Shown: positions 18,601 through 30,000 of the stretch, piece by piece
How positions within the stretch are numbered: position 1 is the stretch's first letter
Layout of the letters: each line of letters opens with the position of its first letter
Source of the DNA: an uncultured virus (IMG/VR IMGVR_UViG_3300030329_003631)
Lineage: Duplodnaviria > Heunggongvirae > Uroviricota > Caudoviricetes
Reading direction: 5' to 3' (one strand)
DNA length: 64,000 nucleotides
Virus record (IMG/VR): IMGVR_UViG_3300030329_003631
Coordinates: 1 to 64,000 of that record
Position numbers and translations under genes: made by a program
Notes under the pieces: generated by a model
The model's database searches: none
What the model saw: only the letters and a program-made list of their open reading frames with translations
What the model was told of the DNA's origin: nothing

Positions 18601-20659
18601 AATAACCGCAGATAGCACTACAACAGAAAAAGAGAATGTAGAAACATCAGATGAAAGAGTTGAAGATTTTTCTCCTTATCCAGGACAATCTGGAGCTGCA
18701 AGTGTAGATAGGTTTGTTTGGGTTAATAATAACGCATGGATAAATGTTACTTATAAAACTAATACTGATATAAGTACAATTATAAGTAATCTTACAGCAC
18801 AAGGTTACCATATGTCTGGTTCTACTGCTGTATATGGATTATTTTATCATTCTTCAGAAAATGGAACTGATGAAGGAAGAAATTATACATTACACTTTAA
18901 GCAACAACCCTCATATTCCTCATTACCTGATGACTTTTGTAAATTAAAAGAAGGAGATGTTGTTGAGATAAAATACGATAATAGCGCTCCTATTAGAGCG
19001 TTTGGAGGAGATTCTAATACTGGAGAATCTATATGGGCTCCTATGGATATGCAGGGAGTTAGTAGAGACGATAGAGACATGGTTAATGGTCGTTGTCATT
19101 GGTGGGATGATGGTAACGATACTAACGGAACTGCTCAATGTGCTGAAAATGAGTTTTCTATGGATTGCGGTTTCCCTTATAAGTTTTGGGATTTAAATCC
19201 TAGAATTATGCAATTTCAGCATTTACCATATGGCCTTAATTACTTTCAAGATGACCAAGATTTTAGTTTTCATAAATCAACTCGTATTAGACAACTGTGT
19301 GCTAAATTTACTGTAGAATCTAGAATCAACACTAATTTTATGTATTCAGAACCATGCGATGTAAATAACACTGATCAAATGTTTCCTCAAGTAAATTATA
19401 TTTATAGACCATTAGCATGGAGAGGAAGTACATGGGGTAGTGGTAATAGATTATGGCAAGGATATAAAGACGATTATCCAGATGAAGAAGCAATCTGGGG
19501 AATGGGAGGATTTAGATTTAGACCTAAAATAAATATGGATTATTCAGCTTACGCTTTAGCAAATGTAGATTTTGGAAAACCTGCAGTAGGCTTTAATGAA
19601 GAGGTTTTGTTCTGTTCTAGGGTTTTATGGTCTGAAAAAAGAGATGTAAATCAACAAGATGCTCCAGGAGTTAGAACATTCCCTGCTGCGAATTATTTTG
19701 ATGTATCTGATGATACTGGTGAAATAAAAGTTGCTTGGGACGCCTTATCTGATAAAGGAAGTAATCTATATGCTTTTACAGATAGCGGAGTATGTTTACT
19801 TGTAACAGATAAAAGAACATTATCTTCTGTTGAAGGTGCTGATTTTACAAGCATGTCAATAGAAGAAGGTAATGTTGTTACAGATCAATTTTGGATTTCT
19901 AAGACTATAGGTATGAATGACCAATGGTGGAGAAGTTATGCAGAATATAATAATGTTATTTATTTTGCAAATAAAAAATCTGTATATCATTTTTCTAATA
20001 ATAAATTAACAGATATAGGCAAAATAAAGTATTATTCAAAAATAGTTCCTTTTGTTGAACAAGCAGGATCTGGATATTCAACAAGAATATCTGCTGTATA
20101 TGATGATGAGAAACAAGAATATATATTAGGTGTTGCTACAGATTCAGATGGGCTTTCTATGTATTCTCTTGTATGGAGTGAGCAAACTGAACATTGGATT
20201 GGAGAATTTTCATATAACTACCATAAATACCTTTCTTATAATAATAACCTTTACGGAGCAGGAAGATGGGATGGAACTAATAATCCTTCATTATGGAAAC
20301 TAAATGATACTACCTCTGTAACTTTAAGAGGGGTAACTCAATTATGTTTTGTTCAACAAGTAAGTGCTCCAGATCAAAATTTCGGAAAAGAATTCTTTAG
20401 ATTTAGAGTTAATTCAAATAGTATCCCTTCTTCTTTTGATGTATTAGATCCTGATCAATATCCAACAGTTGTCCCTATAGCTCAAGTACTTAGTACAGAT
20501 ATGAAAACATATGATGGTTTTGAACAATATATACCAAGAAACACATTTAACACAAATAGGATACAAGGACGTTTGCTTATTTACCAAATAAATTGTACAT
20601 TTGCAGAAGTAAAATTTTCAATAATCAGCTCAACAATAGAGTATAAAACATTAAAATAA
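15653..20659 (+). CDS. Tail stabilisation/muzzle protein (crAss-like, P22 gp10-related)
   Basis: 1668 aa; YLDAKNMR, GEYQYATRYVTADGDRTEWSP, NNRLFLMN, GDRYGFAVVFYD, RVLWSEK..RTFPAANYFDV..TGEI motifs typical of this family. Confidence 0.75.
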   Translation: MPKHQHHKTDGKTYNAGANRDFDREFLGGMNEGEYLDAKNMRPVDSNGNTLALTKIDGDAALYPLTQNACDPVAQIAFPSLPTQDYECQGIIEVNEDIIDIWVSDNVEETAPPVIRINGTVVAMHEDLPFRKGTPIQYHKNESCVGGEIYLTDNRTPPLLFNVLDLKQNGGLTDPVVCTNKYFGAFDINAYTTNVNAPSNKPYFVGLFVGGGLGMKTGEYQYATRYVTADGDRTEWSPYTPPIPVPASSVLIDEFSNVPLTPAPNGAGGGDVYPYSKTFGHDPNFDTGKCVKLRIRVDNKLSFEYLQIKRQDYTLGQSFMPPSNSVIVAEIPIAPNQCDVIEWSDPVDALGYSIEIDEEDDVGLSTVIAKAKTCRYFNNRLFLMNIEEVSKDQSGNVTYTDSTLGAELTPVVKKLGKIGQADPYNHTYYKPFMSGDRYGFAVVFYDSTNSPSFATPITGSNTIDTWAYDEANPGTYLNEYNNYLMPNRRDIMTSAVQSICYNGFCKAANRHGSIGGTYEVFDHTDGVAKTEARQFINISNQRWVLLFESPYYLFGAQITPWYGCSGISRYRANGTGWWGLTAAGNNYGTHNYDHIPNGEEWDSPGVTTLCLATLFNYVHPRRVGYRPLHPVDISDYQTESSRSGPGGHMGRAANDYVINTRVNIASSGVQAGLSSANWYTYKPEGFGFNYYMLGVALDGINTSSLPSYITGFSIVRTKPAGRVLCQGLGYYSLISSSGSATNFGTQKRHDQIWFYGPDCDTGYGLGVMLDPNTGDPSGGIMLNVIDSVNTLGVNSPYKVQIISPVGFFTEVYSFLREGLSHDYKLDMITYCSILQDSGQINVQENSYMGISSGGDDNYVAFGKWRQQASMLSDFKQSSTKGNTYNSTTFSDLTIYTIEEIWEVNTGRQNYYKIRFDRDIYKTRYMGGNAIDNERGFNDANCENWHEPMYVCNIIIDGAYVPQNTVQEYYHTSAHINLRSVVARITADSTTTEKENVETSDERVEDFSPYPGQSGAASVDRFVWVNNNAWINVTYKTNTDISTIISNLTAQGYHMSGSTAVYGLFYHSSENGTDEGRNYTLHFKQQPSYSSLPDDFCKLKEGDVVEIKYDNSAPIRAFGGDSNTGESIWAPMDMQGVSRDDRDMVNGRCHWWDDGNDTNGTAQCAENEFSMDCGFPYKFWDLNPRIMQFQHLPYGLNYFQDDQDFSFHKSTRIRQLCAKFTVESRINTNFMYSEPCDVNNTDQMFPQVNYIYRPLAWRGSTWGSGNRLWQGYKDDYPDEEAIWGMGGFRFRPKINMDYSAYALANVDFGKPAVGFNEEVLFCSRVLWSEKRDVNQQDAPGVRTFPAANYFDVSDDTGEIKVAWDALSDKGSNLYAFTDSGVCLLVTDKRTLSSVEGADFTSMSIEEGNVVTDQFWISKTIGMNDQWWRSYAEYNNVIYFANKKSVYHFSNNKLTDIGKIKYYSKIVPFVEQAGSGYSTRISAVYDDEKQEYILGVATDSDGLSMYSLVWSEQTEHWIGEFSYNYHKYLSYNNNLYGAGRWDGTNNPSLWKLNDTTSVTLRGVTQLCFVQQVSAPDQNFGKEFFRFRVNSNSIPSSFDVLDPDQYPTVVPIAQVLSTDMKTYDGFEQYIPRNTFNTNRIQGRLLIYQINCTFAEVKFSIISSTIEYKTLK
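20572..20603 (+). promoter_or_regulatory. Bacteroidota -33/-7 promoter inside the end of the muzzle gene
   Basis: TTTG (20572-75), 20-nt spacer, TACATTTG (20596-603); upstream of the cargo genes. Confidence 0.6.
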
Positions 20660-21534
20660 TGGCCATAGAAGATGTCGCATCATCAGGTACTGGAGGTAAT
20701 TGGTTTAGCAAACTAGGATCTGGACTTAAACAAAGCTTTGGAAAGGCGGGTCAAAGTTTAAAAGGTTTGGGTAAAAAGATTGGTCCTGGGTTAGAAAAAG
20801 CTGGAGCATGGATGGAGAAAAATCCTAAGTTAACCCAAATAGGTTTATCTGCTGCTGGTTCCTTATTCGGAAGAAGAGGAGGAGGCGGTGGAGGCGCTAT
20901 GGGAGGAGGAATGATGGGAGGAGGAGGAATGGGTCCTGGTGTTGAAGCAGCGAACGATCCTAATTATTTTAATTATTTAAACGATATAAAAAGAAGAAGA
21001 ATGGCTTATCAGAGTGGATCTGCTTATGCTCCAGAAAGAGAAGCTCTTATGAGAACTTTTGCAACAGGAGCTAAAACAGTTAGACAGATGGGAGGTGGTT
21101 CAGGAGCTCACATAACAGCATTAAGAAGAATGATGTCTGGAGTTAGTGCTGGTTTAGCAGATATTAAATCTAAAACAGCAGCTCCTATGGAAGCTAAATT
21201 ATTTGAAATGGAAGGAAGTGCAGTTGATACTATTTCAGGAAGAGCTTTAGAATTAGGATTATTAGGTCAGGCTAAAGGAGAGGCTCAAGAAGCAGCAGCT
21301 CAAACCAGAGGAGCTATACGTGGTCAGGATATGTTAAATTTAGTGACTCCTCAAAATATAAAAGGATTATCTAAATTTATAAGTGGTATAGGAAAGAAAT
21401 GGAGAGAAAGAAAAGACGGAGATCCAGACAAAGAAGAGATAGTTACAGATGAGAAAGGAGACGTATTAGGAGATGATGTTGGAGATTATGTTATTCCAGA
21501 TGATGATTTAGCGGAAGGTGAAGCTATAGGATAG
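20659..21534 (+). CDS. Probable ejection/pilot (cargo) protein
   Basis: Gly/Ala-rich amphipathic N-terminus (WFSKLGSGLK..IGLSAAGSLFG), helical body; follows the muzzle gene. Confidence 0.55.
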   Translation: MAIEDVASSGTGGNWFSKLGSGLKQSFGKAGQSLKGLGKKIGPGLEKAGAWMEKNPKLTQIGLSAAGSLFGRRGGGGGGAMGGGMMGGGGMGPGVEAANDPNYFNYLNDIKRRRMAYQSGSAYAPEREALMRTFATGAKTVRQMGGGSGAHITALRRMMSGVSAGLADIKSKTAAPMEAKLFEMEGSAVDTISGRALELGLLGQAKGEAQEAAAQTRGAIRGQDMLNLVTPQNIKGLSKFISGIGKKWRERKDGDPDKEEIVTDEKGDVLGDDVGDYVIPDDDLAEGEAIG

Positions 21535-21562
21535 CGTAAAATAAAATAATTAAAAATATAAT

Positions 21563-24073
21563 ATGCCAAAACCAGATATTGATGTAAACAGAGCCATGGA
21601 GGCTGCAGACAATCTGAAAAATCTGCAGAACCAAGCTAATATAACAAGACAGGCCGCTTATCAGCAAATGATGGGTGATCAACCTTATGTGAAGCCTCAA
21701 AAAGAAACAGATCCTGCTTTCGAACTTCAAAAAGCTCGTATGGCTGGAGGAGCTGGTCGTTTATTAGCAGGAACCTTTGGAGGGAAATATATAGGTAATG
21801 TACCTATTTTTGCATCTATAGACACAGTAACACCTTTTGCTTCAATAAATCAAAGAAACGAAGATACAGCGCCTCCTATGAAATGGAAGGAAGTAAAAGT
21901 TAATGAGTTAGGATCTACAAACAAAAGATATGGAGACTATCTAAATCAATGGCATGCTTCATCTATGGATAATTATATTTCAGGGCTTAACACTACATTT
22001 GGACATGGATTAGCTAGCGGAATATATAACAATGATGCTTATCCAGAAGGAAGGCAAGGGAATCGAATAACATCTACATTTAAATCTATTAATCATAAAC
22101 TTGGATTAATAGAAGGAGTTCTTGATACTAAGGGGGATGCGGAATTAAGCCAATCTTCTTTTTTACCTGATACATGGTTTAAGTATAGAGAACATTATAG
22201 AGATATGGCTAGAGATGGAGAGAGCATGAAACAATTTTTAACAGAATTAGAAACAAATCCTGCACTATTAAACGATTTTTTAAATTCTGGAGATGTAGCT
22301 AGTAATGTAGAATCTCTTACTAAGAATCATATGAAAGATTATTTTAGAAATAATCAAACAGCATTAGGATGGAGTAATGAAGATATGGCAAAAATAAATG
22401 CTGGAGACTTCTCTTTACTTTACACAAAATCTGAGGGGATAGATCCTGACGATCTTATTGCTGGACTAGAACATAAATTAAGAGGAACTAATGCAGATGT
22501 ATACACCTTAAGTAAAGAAATAGATCCTACAACTGGAAGATTTAGAAGAACGGTGGGAGGTAAGATTAATCTTGTTTCTGTTATTAGTGGAATGTTCCCT
22601 GGTGAATTTGAACATAAATATGTTCAGAAAGCAAAAGAGGCAAAAACAAATGTAACTATTATTGATAAAGGCGAAGATGTAGTTAACTATACAGCTACAG
22701 GTGCTCAAGACAACTTTACGTCTTATATAGAAGGTGTTTGGAAACAACAAGGGGAAGGGGATAATGCTTCTTTTGGATATTTTGGAGTTAAAGATAGAAA
22801 TATTAACCTTTCTTTCACTCCAACTAATAAATCAGGAGCTTATGGTGTTTCTGGAGGTATTATGACTAGTATAAATCAGAATGGCTCAATAAGCTTTGTT
22901 TCTCCATATAATTATAACGCAATGACTGGTTTATTAAGAGATGTTTATTCAGTTGATTATCCGAATCAAACACCTTCTCAATTAACAAATAATATGTCTA
23001 AAGATGGAGCTGGATATTTATTTGGACAATCTATTGGAGGTCAAGATCCTAATACTGTTAAGGGCAGTGAAAGAGCATTAACTAATTTTAAACATATATT
23101 TGAAAATGTAGCTTACGAAGATGATAAATTAGTAAGAAGAGAGTATACATTCCAAGATAAAGCTGATAACTTCTTTAATTTAACAAGCGTTCCTTTAAGA
23201 AGACACACTGATAACTCTCCAGGATTAATTCTTACAGGAGCTAATTTTGATGAAGACGGAGGTCTTAATTCAATTTCTCTTAATACTCCAGAAGGAGATA
23301 GAACTTCTTATGGTATTATATTAAAGAATCAATATTTAAATACTCCAACTCAAGATATGTTACAAAATGTAATTTCTAATGTATCTACAATAGGAGTTGG
23401 AGGTAAGGATTATACAGTTCTTAAAGGAGCTAAACTTATTAAAGAAAAGGATAAATATCTTGTAGTAACTGTTAATGACGACGGAACAGAAACAGGAAGA
23501 ATACCTTTAGAGGTTAATGGACAAAAAATCTCTCTTAATCCTAATGAGATGCAAACTATTATTAATGGTCATATGGCAGAAGCTCATAGTCAGTTATTTA
23601 ATGCTAATAATTGGGATTCAAAAACTAATAGTTTAAGATATAGACCTATGGAACTTCAACAAACTATAGTTCAAGAACCAAAACTTTTCTTTACATCATC
23701 TAAATGGTCAACAGCAGTTCCTCCGAGTGGTTTAGAATTATCTTATATGAAAGGAAGATCGACTTCAGAGAATTTCAATTTACTTAATGCCCCTATGCAA
23801 GCTCAGACTACTAGAACATTAACATTGTCAGAAATGGGAGGAAGTCAAGGAGATAGAGAATTCATGTCTCTTATAAATGCTTTCGGAAAATATACAGACC
23901 CTACTGATCCTAGCTATAATAAAACAATAAATACTGGAACTGATTTTATCACTTGGTATAAAGGGTTAGATGATAATATAAAACAAAAAATAATAGATGG
24001 AGGATTGGTTGGAACAAATGTACCATTATACGATATATTTAATAAAGCAGGATTTTATAAAAAATATGAATAG
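21563..24073 (+). CDS. Probable internal virion/cargo protein
   Basis: 836 aa with no Cys; lies between the pilot-like gene and the giant gene. Confidence 0.5.
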   Translation: MPKPDIDVNRAMEAADNLKNLQNQANITRQAAYQQMMGDQPYVKPQKETDPAFELQKARMAGGAGRLLAGTFGGKYIGNVPIFASIDTVTPFASINQRNEDTAPPMKWKEVKVNELGSTNKRYGDYLNQWHASSMDNYISGLNTTFGHGLASGIYNNDAYPEGRQGNRITSTFKSINHKLGLIEGVLDTKGDAELSQSSFLPDTWFKYREHYRDMARDGESMKQFLTELETNPALLNDFLNSGDVASNVESLTKNHMKDYFRNNQTALGWSNEDMAKINAGDFSLLYTKSEGIDPDDLIAGLEHKLRGTNADVYTLSKEIDPTTGRFRRTVGGKINLVSVISGMFPGEFEHKYVQKAKEAKTNVTIIDKGEDVVNYTATGAQDNFTSYIEGVWKQQGEGDNASFGYFGVKDRNINLSFTPTNKSGAYGVSGGIMTSINQNGSISFVSPYNYNAMTGLLRDVYSVDYPNQTPSQLTNNMSKDGAGYLFGQSIGGQDPNTVKGSERALTNFKHIFENVAYEDDKLVRREYTFQDKADNFFNLTSVPLRRHTDNSPGLILTGANFDEDGGLNSISLNTPEGDRTSYGIILKNQYLNTPTQDMLQNVISNVSTIGVGGKDYTVLKGAKLIKEKDKYLVVTVNDDGTETGRIPLEVNGQKISLNPNEMQTIINGHMAEAHSQLFNANNWDSKTNSLRYRPMELQQTIVQEPKLFFTSSKWSTAVPPSGLELSYMKGRSTSENFNLLNAPMQAQTTRTLTLSEMGGSQGDREFMSLINAFGKYTDPTDPSYNKTINTGTDFITWYKGLDDNIKQKIIDGGLVGTNVPLYDIFNKAGFYKKYE

Positions 24074-24081
24074 CAACACTT

Positions 24082-27000
24082 ATGGCTAAAACTCAAGAAG
24101 AATTAGAAGAAGAGAAAAGAAAGAAGGAAGAGGAGTTAGGTATTTCTCTTCCTGATTTAGATTTTGGGGGCGACTCTAAAGATACTGTAGGTCTTCCTGA
24201 TTTAGATTTTGGAGGGGAGGTTGATGAGCCTATCGATTTATCTTTACCAGATTTAGATTTCGGAGGTCAGGCAGATGATATAGTGGTTGATCAAGATCAA
24301 GGTCCTGAAGTAGACGAATATGTTTCTTCTGAAATAACTGACGAAGAAGTTCTTGAAGAAATTTCAAAATACCAAACAATACAAGATTTTGAATCAGCTA
24401 TACAAAGAGGAGAAGTATCCGATAATGCTTATAAATGGTATGCAGGACAATCAGACGATCCAATTCCTTTTGGAGCAGGAACAGGGAATTTAGATATTGA
24501 AACACAGAATTTAGATTTATCACAAAACAGAAAAAGATTCTATTCTATATATGGCTTTGGGGCTGATTATAATGAGGTATTTTTTGATAATTTTGGGATG
24601 TCTCCAGAAGACGCTGAAATAAACGAGGCAGACGCTGTAAACTTATTAATAGATATGGCTATGAATACAGCGCCAGAACCTAAAGGAATGTATCCTGCTA
24701 GCGAATATGAGATGGGTTTAAATGAGATGAAACTAGCCTGGGAAACTCCTTATGAAACACCCTTAGAAGATAAAGCCTTATTCAAACCTTATATAGATAA
24801 TAAATCTTATGGAGTAAATGACCTTAGTAGATTTAGCGAAGGAAAAGATCAAGATTTTTTAAATATTACAACTTTAAATCCAAAATTTCAAGAGTTTAAA
24901 GATGATGGAAATAATCTTAGTTTTAATCCATTATATACAGGTAGATGGTCTATAGATGGAAGTGATCCTAATAAACTTCCTACTGAAAAGAATTGGCAAG
25001 ATATGTATAAGATATTTAAAGAGGATGATTATGTAGATCAAATGACAACAGCTACACTTAAGCGTTTTCCTAAATTAGATGAAGATGAAGTAAAGGCTTA
25101 TTTTCAAAATGAATCAAAAGTAGCTAGACAACAAGCTACAAATAATCTTATTAATCATAAGATAAGACAAATATTCGATGAAGAGAGAAGTTTAGCTAAA
25201 AAACGTGGAACAGGTCTTCCTACAAATATAGAGGATATTGTTTATAAAAAATTAAAACATAGAACAATGTCAAATCTTTTAGGTCCAGAAGGTATTGTAA
25301 AGGATAAGATAAAAGGCATTTATAACATGCAAGAAGGTATGGGTGGAAAGTTTTATAATAAAATTATAAATCTTATAAATATGGAACTTGATGGAGCTTC
25401 CCCTGCACAGCTTCAGGCAGAAGCAGATCTAATTAAAGAAGCTCATCCAAACTGGAAAACACTTTTTAAATATAGTGATGGAATGTTAGTAAATCCTGGT
25501 AAAGCCCAAGGAGGACCTCCTCCTGAGTTTCAAGGAGAGATTCAAGAATTTCTAGACCGTTATAAAAATTCTTCTAAAGAATTAATATTTGCAGAATTAG
25601 CTTCGTTAACTGCTTATGCAGAAAATCTTAATAATTTATTACAATCAGATGCTTCTTGGGTTAATAAAAGATCTGGGAAAGTAATGGATCGTAAATTCGC
25701 TCAATTAATCGATACTTATATCGAACATCCTGATTCTGAATTTATGGGCAGAGTTAATAGATTAGGTATGTCTGCAAAGAGAGAATATGATTTAACATTA
25801 GCAAAAATAACAGCATTAACTCGTATGTCTTTATTTAATGAAGATATATTAACCTCTCAAAAGAAAGACGGTATGCATTATGTAAGCACAATAGGAGGAT
25901 CGCTTGTTGAAGGATTGGCTTGGGGACCTGGTAAAAGAATGATTAAGGAACAAATGGAATTAGACGCACCTAGATATATGTTAGGTAGACATATAGATAT
26001 ATATAACGATTTAGGAATAACTTTAAATAAAGAACAAAAAAAGAATATAGAAGAAGTATATAGAACAAGTTTTGGAGAAAAACTTGGAATAGGAGGAGCT
26101 CATCTTCTCGGTATGTTACCTAAATTTATGTTTGGTGGAGCAATAATAGAAGGAGTTGCAGGAAGTGTTGGTCTTGCGCAATATATAAACAGTTTATATA
26201 TAAGCGGAAGTAGAGCAAAACAAGCTGGAGCATTTCTTATAGAAGCTGGAATACAGGAAGCAACTTTTGTTGCAATTATGGGTCCTGAAGCAGTTGGTGT
26301 TGGTACTACTTTTGCTGTTGGAAAAATACCGTCAAATATTATGCTTAATAATTGGATGAAAATATTTGCAAAGAATCCTAAGTTAGGAGCTGCATTACAT
26401 CCTTATGCTAAAGCTGTTGGAACTGGAGGTACTTTTGTAACGGCTACCGAACTACATACAGCAATAGTTGCTTATAAAAATTCAGATAGCTGGACAGAGA
26501 TGAAAGAAAAAATGGGATGGAATGATTTAGGAGGAAAATTTGAAGATATGGCTGTTAACTTTATATTAGGTACTACTCTTGGTTTTGCTCATACAAAATC
26601 ACATGAATATTCTATGGATGCCAAAAAATTGCAAGCTCTTTCTGCTGAGTTCATAAGAATAGGTGATGTTAAAATGGCAGAGCAACTTTGGATGAGATCT
26701 CAATGGGTTCAAGGGAAACCAGCTCGTAATCTTGGTGAATTGCTATCTAATTTTGAAATGAGTGCATTTGGAGATATGAGTATAAAACAATTTATGAAAA
26801 TTAATAAACTAACTCTTCACGCAAAAGGAGCTGACGGAAAGGTAAGACAAATAACTCCAGAAGAATTATATTCAACACTTGGCCTTGAGCAGGTATATTT
26901 TAAAACTCTAACAGGACAAAGTAGGTTTCAAGGGGAACTTGTTCGAGATCCATCTGGAAGAGGTTTTACACATGTAGATAACAAAGGGATGACTAATACT

Positions 27001-30000
27001 TTTTCATATGCTCATGAATTAAGAGCATGGCTGCAGGCTAATAAAGGTGTAAAGCTTTATGGAAGAAAAAGAAAAGATGGAGCGATAGAAGAAATAACTC
27101 CAGAAGAAGTATTCTCAAAAAAACCTATTCAAGATATACAAATTCGACTTGATGATAAAGGAGTTCTGATTCAGAAGGGGTCAGCTCACTTTAGGCTTAA
27201 CGGAAAAGAAGTGGATATTTCAAAATTACAAAAATTTCCAGATTTTGGTAAAATGCTTAATAAAAAGGAACGAATCGAAATGGAGCAAAAACTAAGGGAA
27301 ACAATTTTAGGAGAATCATTACGTAAACCTAAAACCAAACCAGGATCTGAAGGAGTTACTCCAGGGCAAAAAGCATTAACAACTTCTGTTTCAGCTGAAC
27401 CCCCTTCAAAAACAATAAAACCCAAATATATAGTTTTACCTCCAACTCCCTCTGTAACACCTGTTAAAACTGGCCCTGTAAGAGCTGGACTACCTGCACC
27501 TAAATCAACAGAACCTATACCAATCTCTCAAACCGCAGAACAAGTCCAGTCTAATGTAAATCAATATACTAGCTTACATCAACCTGTTAGTTCTAAAAAC
27601 ATTAAATCAACACCTACAGATTCTCAAACTATTAAAAATAAACTTTCTTCTATTAGAAAATCATCTGAAAATATTACAAAATGGGAGAAGGAAAGAAGTC
27701 AATTAACAGTTGGCTCTCCAAAAGCTCTTAAGCTTACAGCAAGAATAGATAAGGAAACAAAGTCTATAGAAAAACAACAAAAAGAAATTAGAAAACAAAG
27801 AATTAGAGACGCTAAAAAAACTGAAGTCGGTAAAAAGCTTTCTGAAATACAAGAAACAACTTCTAGTGTAAGAAATTATTTAGATAACAACAGATTGTCT
27901 CCTGTTGATAAAAGAAGATTAAAAAGTATGGGAATTGACTTTACCCAAGTAATGAAGGAAGATTTGAATATTAGAAAGATAACAGATGACTTGAATTATG
28001 ATGTAAGTAGAATTCTTAAAACAGGACAATTAGATATAGGTTCTTATCAAGTTATACTTGAAAATTTTGGAGAACTTATGTCAGGTATGACGTCTAAAGT
28101 AGATATATTTAAAGCAAAACAATTAGATATAAAACCTCCAACTGTAGAGAAAGGAATTTCAGATTATTTAAAGAAAGGTAAGATTCCTTCTTTTAAATTA
28201 GAAGACGCTAGAGTTTCTATACAAGCCTCTAAGTTATCTGATGTAAAAAAAGCTGAAATAATTCAAGAAATAGATAGAGCTATAGATCTAAGAGATAAGA
28301 GCTTAAAAGTTTTTGAAGGAAAGGAACCTAAGAAAACTATATTACTTTCAAAACCAGGAAAGTTAAAAGGAGAAAAGAAAGTAGTTATGGAAGCTACTTA
28401 TAATAAAGATACTGGTTTTTATAGGATACCTAGTCAATATAATACTAAGGACTTAGTTAATAGGTTAAAAGATATGATTACTTTAACTAAGAGTAATAAT
28501 CAACTTAAGAATATAGCAACCTTTGTATCTAGGACTATAGACTTAGATACTAAGTCTTCTGATGCTCTTAAAAAACATATAGCTAGAAAAGCTATTAATA
28601 TGATGAAGGAGAATAAGATGACTAATAGCGTTTCTATAAATCACTTTAGAGATATAACAACAAATATCCTTCCTTTAGTTTTAACTCCAAAACAAAGAGC
28701 TACTATGCCTTCAGAAATAAAAAAATGGATGGCAAATGCAATGACTTTGTATAGCAATAACCCTAGATCAAAAATACATTGGAAAAAAAGATATGATATG
28801 ATAAGTGGAAATTTAGCAAATATTGCAGCTAAGTCTCCTAGTACATTATCTCCTGCACAACTTCCAGCAATTGCTACTTGGTTTGCAAATCATGTTACTA
28901 AAACTGTTCTTAAGGATTTAAACGATAGATATAAAGAGATAACACAACCTGAGTATTTAGAAAAAACTATAAAAAATGAACTGTTAAAAAGTATAGCTAA
29001 TAATCTTCCTAAAAATCAATTTTTAGTTCCTAAATCTAAAATTAGAGAAATAAGCAAGAAATTTTCTGTTGTAAAAGATTTAATAGATAACTTAGATCAT
29101 TTAGTTGATAGAGGAGGTCTTTATTTAGAAGAAGCTACATATATAAAAGAACGTATAGCTTATTATCCAGATTTGAATATATTACAGTCTTCTTTAGATG
29201 GATTTTTTATAGGAGATACTTGGACTGAAGTAGCAAGAGATTATGCTGCTATAGACAATCCTACAACGCCTTGGGAAGCTCTTTCTTCTGCTGGTAAAAA
29301 GAGGTATTTGGATATTATCCGTCCTAAAGATGCAAAAGGAACCTTAGCATATTATAGCCCTGCAAATAAAATAATATCTGTATTGACTTCTGATGTAAAA
29401 ATAGGAACTGGAAAATTAGTTGAAAGTATATTAGAGGAACTTGACCATGCTTATATGCATGGATATATGACTTCTTATAGTAATTTAGGAGAAGGAGTAG
29501 ATGCTTATTTAAAAGATCAGCTTTCTGTAAGTTATACTTCAGGACTTAGGTCAACAGATATACATGTAAAACATGGATTAGTATCTGACGCAATAAAAGA
29601 TATATTTAAGATAGACATTAAAAAACCTCATACATGGGAAAGCGTTAAGCAAGATCCAAAGGCTGAAGAAACGAGAATCATAAACGAATTTAGTATAGAA
29701 GATGTTGAAATAATAGATAACACTCTTGCTGAACTACATTCTAAAGACTATAAAAAAGATATAAGTGTATTTCAGTTAATAGCACCAAAGACTAGCAAGT
29801 CATGGTTTAAACCTATTATTAGAACTATAGATGGCGAAAAGTACTTATCAACATTTAAAGACTTTGATGTTAAAATGTTTAATGCAATTTTAGCTTTATA
29901 TAATAACACTAAATATAAATACTTAGTAGAAACTCCTAGAGTAGAAGGAATGGAAGTTTTATATAAATTATCAGAGGTAAACAGAAGTGTAGCTAATCCT

